DNA from: Eledone cirrhosa
Taxonomy: Eukaryota
Reading direction: 5' to 3'
Assembly: GCA_964016885.1 (NCBI GenBank)
Contig: OZ024743.1
Location: 319,734,001-319,798,000, forward strand
Length of the DNA: 64,000 bases
A model generated the notes under the pieces. The model searched no databases. It was given only the letters and a program-made list of their open reading frames with translations, and was not told the DNA's origin. Positions 47,945 through 59,300 of this stretch are shown in pieces; the first letter of the stretch is position 1, and each line of letters starts with the position of its first letter. The position numbers were made by a program, and so were the translations under genes.

Positions 47945-48017
47945 TGGCTTGTGTTGCAATGGATAATCAACTTGACTATGGATTAGGAGATTCCAGGTTC
48001 AACTTCTGGCAAGCTCG
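47945..48017 (+). pseudogene. tRNA-Arg(ACG)-derived pseudogene
   Basis: GCTTGTG..GCAATGGATAA...TGACTATGGATTAGGAGATTCCAGGTTCAACTTCTGGCAAGCTCG. Anticodon ACG>ATG, consistent with CpG decay. Confidence 0.75.
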
Positions 48018-48801
48018 AAATATTTCCGTTTTAAAGTAGATGATTTGTATCTTTTCTTTTTTAGATATACGATTCTAATTTCATATATTGGTTATTACAT
48101 ATTTGTATATTTATTTTCATACACACACTTAAGACGATCATGCACAATAACAAACATTCTTATTATTGTAAATCTAATAAGAAAGCAAGGTAATTTTTTT
48201 AAATATGCATACCTACCTTTGTTGTGGATTCAAATGTCTGTATATATGAACGACACAAAGTTAAAAACGGAGCGAGTTAGGCGAATGATTGTAGATAAAT
48301 TTTGTCATCTATTGAGACGTTTTGACGTGATTACGAATGTTTTCTTCGTAAAAAACTACAATAGTGTTTTATGTGTCATTTTGTATATTCGATTATAACA
48401 CTTTCACTGGTTGATAATACAATTTGTCCGTCAATCTGCCGACTTCGTAATGGGAATTATCTCTCCTTGTCTGCTTCCAAGAACGTGTCTGGGGTCTCTT
48501 CAGAAAGGCAGATCATAGTGAGGTCAGAGAATATATTGCTGATCTCCTAAACCCCATAACAACAGCATCTTCTGATCTACACGAGGTGAATTTGGAAGCA
48601 ATGACTAACCTCTAGGAGGCTGAAGTCACAAGATTTCTTTCTTTAGTCAGGTCCTTATTTGTCGACTAGTTTAAGAAAGTCTAAGCTAAATGAGCCAATC
48701 TAATTGTCATTGTGACGTCATAAGAAAGAAGTTCACTAGAGATTTTTTTACAAATGTAACGGTCATTCTCTAACTTATCTTTCATTAATATGTGGAACAG
48801 T

Positions 48802-48890
48802 TAACTTGCCTTTCATCCTTACGGGCTCGATAAAATAAAGTACCAGTAATACACTGGTTGATTGCTGGCCTTGTGCCAAAAGTAGAAACA
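48802..48890 (+). mobile_element. 5'-truncated SINE with 18-bp TSD
   Basis: TSD ATTAATATGTGGAACAGT at 48784-48801 and 48891-48908. Confidence 0.9.
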
Positions 48891-49369
48891 ATTAATATGT
48901 GGAACAGTAAATTTTTAAGTAACTATGATATACATTTCCAGTTCAGATCAAACATTGTTTATTACTTAGACCATGATGATTTTGTGTATATGTGAATATT
49001 TTCTTTTCCATTTATTGAACAGGTTTAAGAAATATGTCCACAGACTGAACTGTATTGAATTGTGGCCTAGTAGCAATTGGAAGGGGTGGCATGTTTTGTG
49101 GTTGAGTTTAAGGTATTTTTTCTGATTTCTAGAAGGCAGGATTAATTGTTTATATTTGTATTAACTTTTTCAACTCATCTTTCCAGATATATTTTGAGTG
49201 GTCCTATCATTGAGAAAAATAAAAAAATAATAGGGTTGGTATGTAGTTGCTGTTTTATTAAGTGAGGCCTCTGTAGATGGTAAAAGTTGTTACTGCTGAG
49301 CACATGGTCAAACAAACTATACTCCATATTTCATGTATACAAACAGCAATATTACATGGTAGTGAAAAC

Positions 49370-50140
49370 TTGGCACTGTGTGCAGAGGATCTGTGAAGAT
49401 TGGAAAGAAATGAAGCCTGCATGCTCCAATGGGTGTGTAATATACATGAACAGCAAAGCGTAAATGAACTGGGAGTGAAAATGGATATGAAGCATCAGAT
49501 GCAGTATGCAAGAGAGGAGATGGTGTTGGTATGGCCATGTGATGCGTATGAAGGATGACAGCCGTATAAAAAGCGCAGGGCAATCAAAGTTGATGGATAC
49601 TATGGAGTAGGAGGACCCAGGAAGACCTGGGATGAGATGATAAATATTGAACTTGAACAATTGCCCCTCTCAAAGACAATGAAACAGGATCAAGATCTTT
49701 GGCGTTATGCAGTAGACCCATTAACTGAAGCAGCTCTTAACCACTATCCTCCCTCTCTCTTTCATACACCTCTCGAATCTGATCACACCACCCTTACACT
49801 GTAAAATTTTTGTGTTGGTATTACAACAAAAAGTATCCAGCCCACACTGACAATTGATCGTGCAGGTATCATGACAAAAAACACCCAGCCCACAGTGTAA
49901 AGTGGTCATGTAAGTATCACAACAAAAAGCACCCAGCCAACACTGTAAAGTGATCATGTAGGTGTCATGACAAAAAGCACCCAGCCAACACTGTAAAGTG
50001 ATCATGTAGGTGTCATGAAAAAAAGCACCCAGCACACATTGTAAATGTAGTTGGCATTAGGGAAGGCATCCAGGCATAGAAGCCAAGCCAGGAACAGTTC
50101 TGTGTGGGCATGGTGTTAAATGATGATAATGTTGATTGTG
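49370..50140 (+). mobile_element. RTE-like LINE 3' fragment and associated tail containing a 48-bp tandem repeat
   Basis: Similar to 61885-62580 (TATGGCCATGTGATGCGTATGAAGGA). Five to six copies of a 48-bp unit at ~49790-50045. (GAT)n-like end. Confidence 0.75.
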
Positions 50141-50899
50141 ATCTTGAAATGTCAATTGTTTGTATTGGATAAAGCATCATCATCATCATCATTTTACATC
50201 CGCTTTTCCCTGCTTGCACAAAGACATCAATAAAGAAGAGAAAAAAACTGTCTTTTTTTCTTTCATCTACTTAGTGTAAGTAAAATTATAGAAACAGAAA
50301 AATAGGACAACATTTTATAAGGAACAACTATATTCATTGATAAAATTTATTATAAAAATAAATACATTTATATATATGTAGCTTACCTTCTTTCATAGGT
50401 AAGGGGAAATAGAAAACCTTGTTCCTGATTTATTTTATAACCATTTGTTTACAGGGGCCAAATAGAAATTAAAATTTGCTTTGTTGATATCATATCTTTG
50501 ATTTCAAGCTAGCGTTCTTTTATTTTTGCACTATATTATGTTCTTAGATTTGTAGTTGTTAGTAGGTTTTTGTGAATGGGCATGTCTCACTGAATAGTGA
50601 TTTGACTGATCCACTCTTATGTTTACCACCATAATTCTAAACTTCATTTTATATTTACTTGTAATTATGCAAACATTCACCGAAGATTGGTTGAGCTGGC
50701 TCCAACCAGTGAATCCATAGCATTGTGAAAAGAAGCCACCTATGCACAGCAATCAGTTATCTGACAGATTCCAACAGTAGGAACCACATATATCAGAAGA
50801 TATCAACTCAATCTCTGACCTGATCATGCCTATCCACCACAATTTCAACTGTCTGTCTTATTGTTCATTCTATCATGGGATGAGATCTAGTATGGTTAC

Positions 50900-51370
50900 A
50901 TTATGGATGAGTTAACCTAGTAGCAAGGAAGAATTTCAGAGTTTGGCACAAAATCTACTGTGAAAGCATGTAGAATTGGTGATGGCAAAAGAAGTAAACT
51001 ACTTCAAGCTATTCTATTGGCCACATCTCATAGCCATATAGAGGTGATGTTTCAAAAGAATACTTGATAAATGCAGATTTTGGAGGATCTCTGATGTAGA
51101 GGAGAGGCAGATTTGAAGAAGACAGAATGCAGTTCACATACACTTGATTGATATGAACATCTATCTTGTCTTTATTTTGTCTTATAGCAGTGAAGATGGT
51201 GCTGAGATACTTGAATTGGTCGACTTCTTCCCGAATCTCACCATTGCGTGTGGCAGGGAACCTTTCGGAAGATGAGATACCAGCAGAAACAATTTTCATC
51301 TTGGCTACATTGATTTTCAGGCCAGCATGTGACCCCAACACACTAAATATCAACAGTTGTCGCCACATTA
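50900..51370 (-). mobile_element. Old RTE-like RT C-terminal fragment
   Basis: GLKINVAKMKIV..EEVDQFKYLSTIF..LYGYEMW. Confidence 0.65.
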
Positions 51371-51439
51371 ATTTTCATGCCAAGATGCAACACATGCACA
51401 CTGAATGTCAATGAAGTTAACTTCATTTCATCCAAGTCA

Positions 51440-51990
51440 AGGTTTTTCTAAACCCATAAGATAGCTTGCTTCAGGAAATATTATCCTCTGGAATTTGTTA
51501 CTATTATACCATGAATCTTCCATATCTTTTCTTATTTGTTCTAGAATTTGCTGAATGTATTGGAAACCATCATTGTAAATGATGATTTCAACCATTTTCT
51601 TGGATTTATCCTGTTGGTTAGAACTGATGAACTTCATGCATTGTATGTAATCTTGTGTATGCTTATTTAGTTTGCAGAGTTAACATAAACAAGATACATT
51701 TTCTTTATCAGATTCACTTTCAAAATGTTTACTTTTGTGTTTTCTGATTTAGTAGAGCTTACATGAACTAGGTATTTTGAGGCAATGGGTATTGAATAAT
51801 GTGAATTATCCACAGTTTCTACCCAGAGTTCCATGTCCAGGAAGAGCTGTCTCTGTTTGGATGAGTAGTCAATTGTAAATTTGATATTCTTGTAGAATGA
51901 GTTAGCTATGTGCTGGTTGTTCTCTATCATGCTCTATTCTACTTCTTCTGGGCATGATTTAACTATGTTTATGTTGTCTATATATCAGGA
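51440..51990 (-). mobile_element. Old Penelope-like RT thumb fragment
   Basis: NIKFTIDY..FLDMELWV..HYS.PIASKYLVH..S resembles the PLE post-RT region. Confidence 0.55.
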
Positions 51991-52280
51991 GTACATAATC
52001 AGGGTTAAGGATCTATTTGCTAAAGACTAAGTTTAGATAATCAGTGATACCATTTTATTATTCAAAAGTCTTCTTTGGAATAGGTTTAAATGACTAACAA
52101 CAGAATTTCAAGGAGCTCTTTGTCATTTATGAGGATGCTATTTTCTTTTGCAGGTCAAATTTATCACATGGAAAGACAAAAGCAAACAAACAAATAATAA
52201 AGAATTCCTCTTTTTGTTTGGCAATTTCTTTTAACTTTCATTAATCACTGGATTAAAAATATTTTACACTGGAATGTCAA

Positions 52281-52319
52281 TCAATCAAGATTATCCAACT
52301 GCTTCTGGATAGTCTCAAG
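52281..52319 (-). CDS. COMMD10: COMM domain-containing protein 10, terminal coding exon
   Basis: Polypyrimidine tract, TTTTCAG acceptor, then LETIQKQLDNLD-stop. Vertebrate COMMD10 ends LETIQAQLDSLT (recalled, not searched). Confidence 0.88.
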   Translation of the reverse strand, partial: LETIQKQLDNLD

Positions 52320-52589
52320 CTGAAAAATAAAACAGAAAAAAAAAAAAAAATAATGAAACATTGTATAAATTTGGTTTGTGAAAGTTTTTTTGAATTTACA
52401 GGTGGTGCATAAAATCAAACACAACGAATGTGATTTCCTCTAGTTGCAAACACAGGGCTAACACTAGTCACTAGTGCTGCACACGGTAGTGGGGTGGCTA
52501 GACTAGCCATGTGCGAGAACCCTTGACCTTCATCAATCAATCACACAACTACTTTCCCTTTCAGGTACATAGAACCTCTAACCAAAGAA

Positions 52590-53760
52590 GAGACCTCATC
52601 ATCCTGGCAGGCTACTTCAATGGACATGTGGGACAGCAACAGGATGGATTCGGCAGAGTTCATGGTGGCTATGGCTCAAGGAATGAAGAGGGGCTGAGAC
52701 TCCTGAAATTCTGTGATGCAAATGAACTAACCATTCGCAATACAAATTTCCGAAAACCAACCTACCAACCACCTGATTTCATATCAATCAGGTGAACAGA
52801 CAAACAAAATTGATTACTTGTTAGATAACAAGACAAATGGACTGTAATAAATACTAAAGCCTTCCCTGAGGAAGATTGCACCACCCAGCACAAGTTATTT
52901 ATTAGTGACATCAAAATAAACAAAAGACAGAACAAGACGTGCAAAAAAATATGGAGATGAAGAGTGTTGGAGCTAAAGGACCTCTCGGTTAAATATAGGT
53001 TTAGAAAGGCCCTACTGGATGCACTTTATGAAAGGGATGATGAACTAGATACCTATGATATAGAGGACAACCTTTTGCAAACTACTGGTGAGATTTGCTG
53101 CTGGTGTAAAACACCAGCTAGACAGTGGGTGACCTGGTGGTGGAACAGCACAGTAGATACAGCCATTAAAGCCAAGAGACAGGTATGGAAAAATGGGTAT
53201 AGCAGAAACTGGTACAAAGTAGCTAAGAAAGAAGCTAGGTGACAACTATACACAGCTCGGAGAGAAGCTAAAGAAAATAAATTTGCCAATGTCTTGAAAT
53301 GTGAGGATCAGAGACGTAAAGTGTTCTGTATTGTAAGGCAGTGTGTTTGTGTGAATCAAGATGCTGTTGGGGAAAATTGTGTTAAAAATGATGCTGGTGC
53401 ACTTAGCACCACTGATGCCCAAAAGTAAAAAGCCTGGAAATGTTACGAGATGGGGAACATAGAGAATGAATGGGAGGAACTGGGTTTAAAAGGAATCTGA
53501 GGTGGTGTGTAAGGGAGAAGATTGCATTGTATGGACAATGACCAATGGGTAAAGAAATGCCAGAAAATCCCAGTGGAAGGAAGCCACAGTAGAGGATGCC
53601 CAGCAAAAACCTGGGCAGAGGTTGTGAGAGCTGACCTCGATCACTAAGACTGGCAGAGATGACGAAGGAATGCGACAAGTAGAGAGATGCCATGCTGAAA
53701 ATGACCCATTCAACCCATGCAAGCATGGAAAAGCAGATGTAAAAACGATGATGTTGATGA
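52590..53760 (+). mobile_element. RTE-like LINE fragment (APE region joined to 3' tail)
   Basis: AGYFNGHVG..HGGYG.RNEEGLRLLKFCDANEL..NTNFRK and VTWWWN. Tail AACCCATGCAAGCATGGAAAAGCAGATGTAAAACGATGATG. Confidence 0.8.
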
Positions 53761-54009
53761 ATCCTTACAAGAATAATAATCATGATTTCTGACATGGGCA
53801 CAAAGCCTCAAATGTTAGAGAAGGGTATAATTAATTATAGTGACACTTTACTGGCATCTATCTTATTGAGCCCAGAAGAATTAAAGGCAAAAAAAATGTA
53901 AATAACTGGAGTAATCTAAACTATAATAAAGTAATGAGTGCGGGACTGCGTACGGTTTATTTCTTTTAATCCAGTTAGTAAAATAAGTTGGATTACTTTG
54001 AATAAATAA

Positions 54010-54089
54010 TTGTTTCTACTTTTGGCACAAGGCTAGCAATTACCCAGTGCATTACTGGTACTTTATTTTATCGACCCCGTAAGGATGAA
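54010..54089 (-). mobile_element. SINE 3' fragment
   Basis: Family motifs in reverse complement. Confidence 0.8.
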
Positions 54090-54924
54090 ATAATGAATGA
54101 ATATTACATAATTTATCTACTAAATTTCGTAGCTGTTGATATTTTATTGCTTATTTAAAGATTCATTTCTTTAAAATTTTCAAATGTCAACACTTCCGGA
54201 TAGCGATCGCTTAAATAAACATTGATATATTTCCGTCATTAATTTTCTCCTAATGCAGTTTATATATAATATCGTCTTTTTTTAATGTATCATGGATTAC
54301 GTCACTGATTACATAAGAAAGTGTAACGCAGTCTTCGTTCAATTTCTGTGTATACTGTCAATTACGATTTTATTTGATGTATCATATCTACATGCATATA
54401 TATTTATATTTTATTAAATAACGTTACAAATGAGAGTGAAAATATGAACACGATATATACAAAGCATATAAATAAATTTACAGTAGAATAACATAACAAA
54501 TATGTTTTAAATATATACATAAATAACATTACAAATGCTTAGATAACATTATAAATTGCTCGCGATTCTGTCAGAAGGATATATTCCTTTAAGGTTGCAA
54601 TATTAAAGAAAATGTAAAGGAAGGGGTGAACAACTGAGCCACCACCAGAGCAAAAGACAGCAGCGAGGAGTACTGGGCAACCTCTCTAATGATTTTTGAG
54701 GCAAGCCAGCACACCTGCAGTGTTACATCGGGTGATGGCGAGGCTAATATCAATATGCACACTACACATGCCAGCAGAAATCCACCCGAAGGGTGGTCTT
54801 TCTGCTAGTTACTGTAATGATTCTGCTTATCCAACACTTTCAAATATAGGCATAAGGCTTGAGATTTCTGTGGAGTGTGCAGTTGATTGTATTTACTCTA
54901 GTGTTTGGCTAGTATTATTTTATG

Positions 54925-55110
54925 AGGGTAGTGAATTGGCAGTATCAGTAGAACGTTGGACACTATGCTTCACGGTCCTTAACACTCTGAGTTCAAATCC
55001 TACCGAGGTTAGCTTTGCCTTTCATCCTTACGGGTCGATAAAATAAAGCACCAGTAATGCACTGGGGTCGATTTAATCGACTTTGCTCTCCCCTAAAATT
55101 GTTGGCCTTG
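54925..55110 (+). mobile_element. tRNA-derived SINE, long subfamily
   Basis: TGGCAGTATCAG, GAGTTCAAATCC and GGGGTCGATTTAATCGAC. Confidence 0.85.
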
Positions 55111-55359
55111 TGCCTAAATCAGAAACCATTATTTTATGAATACTGGAAGAATGAGTGACAAAATCTACCTCATATGAGTATGAACAGAAAACAAAGTGAC
55201 ACACTAAATTCACAAGGCGACTTGTTCATCACTCTACCAATTCTAGCATCCACTGTCATACAATAGCGGGATACATTAAATGATATAGCTCTAAAGATGG
55301 AAGAGTTATGGCTAGAATGCATTTGGTTATAGGCTTACATAACAAAAGGTTTCACAGAC

Positions 55360-55419
55360 CTGGTTGTAGAAGTTGTACAATTCCTGGTGCGAAAATTCAA
55401 ATTGTAGTTTTTCTGCATT
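55360..55419 (-). CDS. COMMD10: COMMD10 penultimate coding exon (60 nt, phase 0)
   Basis: TTTCAG|NAEKLQFEFSHQELYNFYNQ|GTCTGT. Compare vertebrate SLEKVLVEFSHKELFDFYNK. Confidence 0.9.
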
Positions 55420-56339
55420 CTGAAATAGAGAGGGGAAAAAGATAAGTTATAATCTGGTGTATATATGTGTGATATATATATGTCAGGCCCAACACCAATT
55501 TTCCAACATTTGATGGTCTGGAACACCCTTTAGTACAAACGAAAATTTCAAACAGGAACTCGAGAACCCCCTGACCATGAGACTTGTTAACTGAGTAACT
55601 TGTATTTGGTGTTGAGTGCAACTGTGCTTACTTTGATTATTGATACTGCACATCCTGGTGGTGATATCTCAATTTTGTGAGATTCTTAGCTTTATTTGCT
55701 TAAATCTAACCCTAGCTCTGGCTTCTAACCAAAATATGTCAGTGGTTGTCATACATAAACACCAGTCCATATTGATTCAAGAGAAGGTTGAATAAGTTTT
55801 GTAAAATCTATGCAAAGAGAAAAACTATGAAATTCTATACAGCCAATGTTTCCCAAAACAAATGCACACCAGAAAACCAATAAAAGATGGTAAAAATACT
55901 GTAGCATAATAATGAAACAGGCTTATTCATTCCATGAAAAACTTCTTAAACTGGAATGCCAGTGTGATTATAGTGAAAGATAGCTTCAAAGAATCAAAAG
56001 TTTCATGGAATTTCTTTCATGGGGAGAAACAGTTTGAAAACTAAGAAGGAACTGTTGAGTATGCAGATGAATTGACAAAGCTAATAGCTGATGAACCTGT
56101 CAGTCTTCAGCACCATTATAATTTCTTTTATCAGAATCAAGAGCATTTGTAGACATACCAAAATAATGCAAAATTATTCTTATTCTATACTGTTTAGCCT
56201 ACCCTAAAGCTGAACTCTTGTGAAAGAAAAATGTTTATGTAGTATATTTTACGCCCAAGAGTACATCATTTATCTGCCTCCAAGACCAAGGAAACAAGTA
56301 TATCAGAAAATCAGTGTTGTATTTGTGTGTGTGTGTATG

Positions 56340-59300
56340 TATACATGGAGGTTATGGGTTTGGTACTAGAAATGAGGAAGGCTTCAGGATCCTGGAATTC
56401 TGTGAATTGGCCGATTAAATTTTTTAGGCTGTTGCACCCCGCTCTACTGGGACATGCTCCCACATAGTCCCGTCGTGCATCTGGGATACCATTCCAGTCC
56501 CCCACTAAAAGCAAGGAGCAAGACGTTCCCAGAAAAGACTCTAGACGCTTAAAGAAGTCTGGCCGTGATTGTGAGATGTCCCGACCGGGCAATCACAATC
56601 GCGGCCAGACTTCTTTAAGCGTCTAGAGTCTTTTCTGGGAACGTCTTGCTCCTTTCTTTTAGTGGGGGACTGGAATGGTATCCTAGATGCACGACGGTAC
56701 TATGTGGGAGCATGTCCCAGTAGAGCGGGGTGCAACAGCCTCAAAAATCTAATCGGCCAATTCCAACTGGCCGATAGATATTGACTAGATTTCCCGACTG
56801 CACTACAATGGACGTGGGCAAACCGCAGCAGGACATCTAGATAGGTTTTTCAATAGAGAGAAGGACAAGAAGATGTTAAGCTGTCCACAAATGCACATGG
56901 TTGCCTATTCAGATCACAAACTAGTCGTCTGCATAGTCAACCGTGATAGAATACATAGACAAGGACCCGGATTCTGGAAGCTGAATGTGTCGTTGCCAGC
57001 ACGAAAAGCCTACAGTGAACGGATAAGCAGATTAGTTAAGCAAGAGTTGACAGGAGCCATCGTCAACAATAGATGGTGGTACTCTCTCAAGAGAGCAATT
57101 AGAGTAGAATCGATAGGGATTAGCGGGAGAATTAGCTTTAGAGAAAAACAAATCAGAAACAGAACTAGTAGCCAAGGTAGAAGAGGCGCTTAGGAGCGGC
57201 AATGCAGCTAGAGTGCTAGCATCGAGAACAGCACTGGACCAGTTCTTCGACGCGAAACATGAAGGCTGCGTGGTCAGAAGTAAATCACGTGCTCTAGGAA
57301 ACAAGGGAGCAAAAGCTGTTAGCTGGGCCTGAGTAGCGGAAGCGAAAAGTGGCAACAAGTCCACGATTCGGTCTTTGGAAGACCAAAACGGACGTGTGTT
57401 ACTTGACCCCAGGCAGATGTGTGTGGCCATTCAGCGGCACTTTGCGCGACTGTTTGAGCAGAACGACAGTGCACCGAATGGGGCAATGGACTTTGGTTCA
57501 TACCACGACGGCCTGCCGCGTCTCTCGAGCATGGATGCCGAGTTCTGCGAAAGACGATCACAGCCACTGAGATACAGGATGCTCTGGGCCGCTGCGGGAA
57601 ACGCAAATCACCCGGTCTAGATGGTCTACCCTATGAGTTTTACATAGGCATGCCGGACTTGTTCTCTGGCGTCCTCGAAGCCATGTACTGCAATTGGCAG
57701 CAGAACGAAACAATTCCCAGTTCTGCAGGCATGGGCGTAGTAATGCTGATCAGGAAAGACGAGAACAAGGGGGACGAAATAACAATTTCAGGCCCATACT
57801 CTGCTCAACACAGAGTTAAAGATTTTGGCCAAGTTGCTAGCAATGAGGCTGGCGCTTGTCAAAAACCTGGTAGGGAAAGCACAAACGTGTGCAATCCCGA
57901 CCAGGTCCATACACGACAACCTCCACCTCATGCGATACATCATAGAGAGGGTGGGGTGTAAACACAGCTTTGGTGGGGCTCTGATCAATTTAGATCAGTC
58001 TAAGGCATTTGATAGAGTTGATCATCATTACTTGGAAGCGGTTCTCAAGGCGGCTGGTTTCGGTCCCATTTTCAGAGGCTGGATCAAGGCGATGCACACC
58101 AGCATCTGCTCGAAGGTCAAGGTGAACGGCTACCTATCGGGGCCGTTTTCAATCACGCATTCAATTCGACAGGGATGCCCTCTCCTCCATTCTGTACGTA
58201 TTGACTCTAGAGCCACTACTGCGAAAGTTGGAGCTTTTGCAGGGCATTCCTTTAGAACCGGAACTGCAAAAAGCGGCGTGACGATAACGGTGACAAAATA
58301 CTCGGAAATCGAGGTAATCAGTAACCTACTACAGGAATATGAAAGGTTCACAGGAGCAAAACTGAACCTGGACAAGTCTGTCGGTTTGCAACTCGGAACG
58401 TGGAGAGGCAAACCGATGCCGTCGGACGCTGGACGGAAGGACCAGTGAAATTACTCGGGGTCTGGTTCGGTCCAGACCTCCAGGTGGAGAAAAACTGGAA
58501 CGAGGTCATGGCCAAGGTATTTGCGCTCACCTAGAAGTGGGCAAAGTGCAAACTGTCTTTGAAAAGTCGAGCGGAGGTGGCGAACACTTTCATAGCGTCT
58601 GTCATCTACTACTGCTTGACTGTCGTGCCTTGTCCCCGTGAATACCTCACCAAGATGGAATGCATGCTCTTCCAGTTCCTGTGGAAGAAGCAGGCTCCAC
58701 TGATGAGGAGATCTGTCTGCTGTCAACACCCTTCCAACGGAGGGCTGGGCATGCCATGGCTAATGATGTGCAAACATGCGCTGAGGCTACAGCATCTCCA
58801 GGTATTCCTCACCAACCAACCGGTGTGGGCACCGTTTGTGGGACAGGCCTTCCCACAACTTGTCTCGCTAACGGAGTTGCAGTCCTGGGTCAAGCGAAGA
58901 CCAAAGAAGATGGGCGCCTGGCACATTGTATGCGCCCAGGCGCTCACAGTCCTCTGTCAAGCGGGCACAGCAATCAGTGGAGATTCCACTTCGACATTCT
59001 ATAGCGGGTTAGTACTTTATAAGTGCGACGACCTGCCCGGGGAGACTCTAGGCATCAAAGGCGACGAGCTCACCAATCTGTTCGGTAAGACTTTCCGCCC
59101 TGGACCTATGGACAACTTCCAGAGGTCCCTGGCCTGGCAGTGCTACCGAGGAGCTCTACTCGTTCGAGACAAGATCTACAGGCACGGACGCCCTGGCAGG
59201 GATCCTTCCAAGAGTAGGTGTCCAAGATGCGAGCAGGACATTGAAACCATCTTGCACGCAATTGTACACTGCCCGGGCCTAACAGACCTGTGGAACTATG

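Noticed and set aside
49020-49112. AG...GT-bounded segment as a plus-strand exon
   Set aside because: No recognisable peptide or partner exons.
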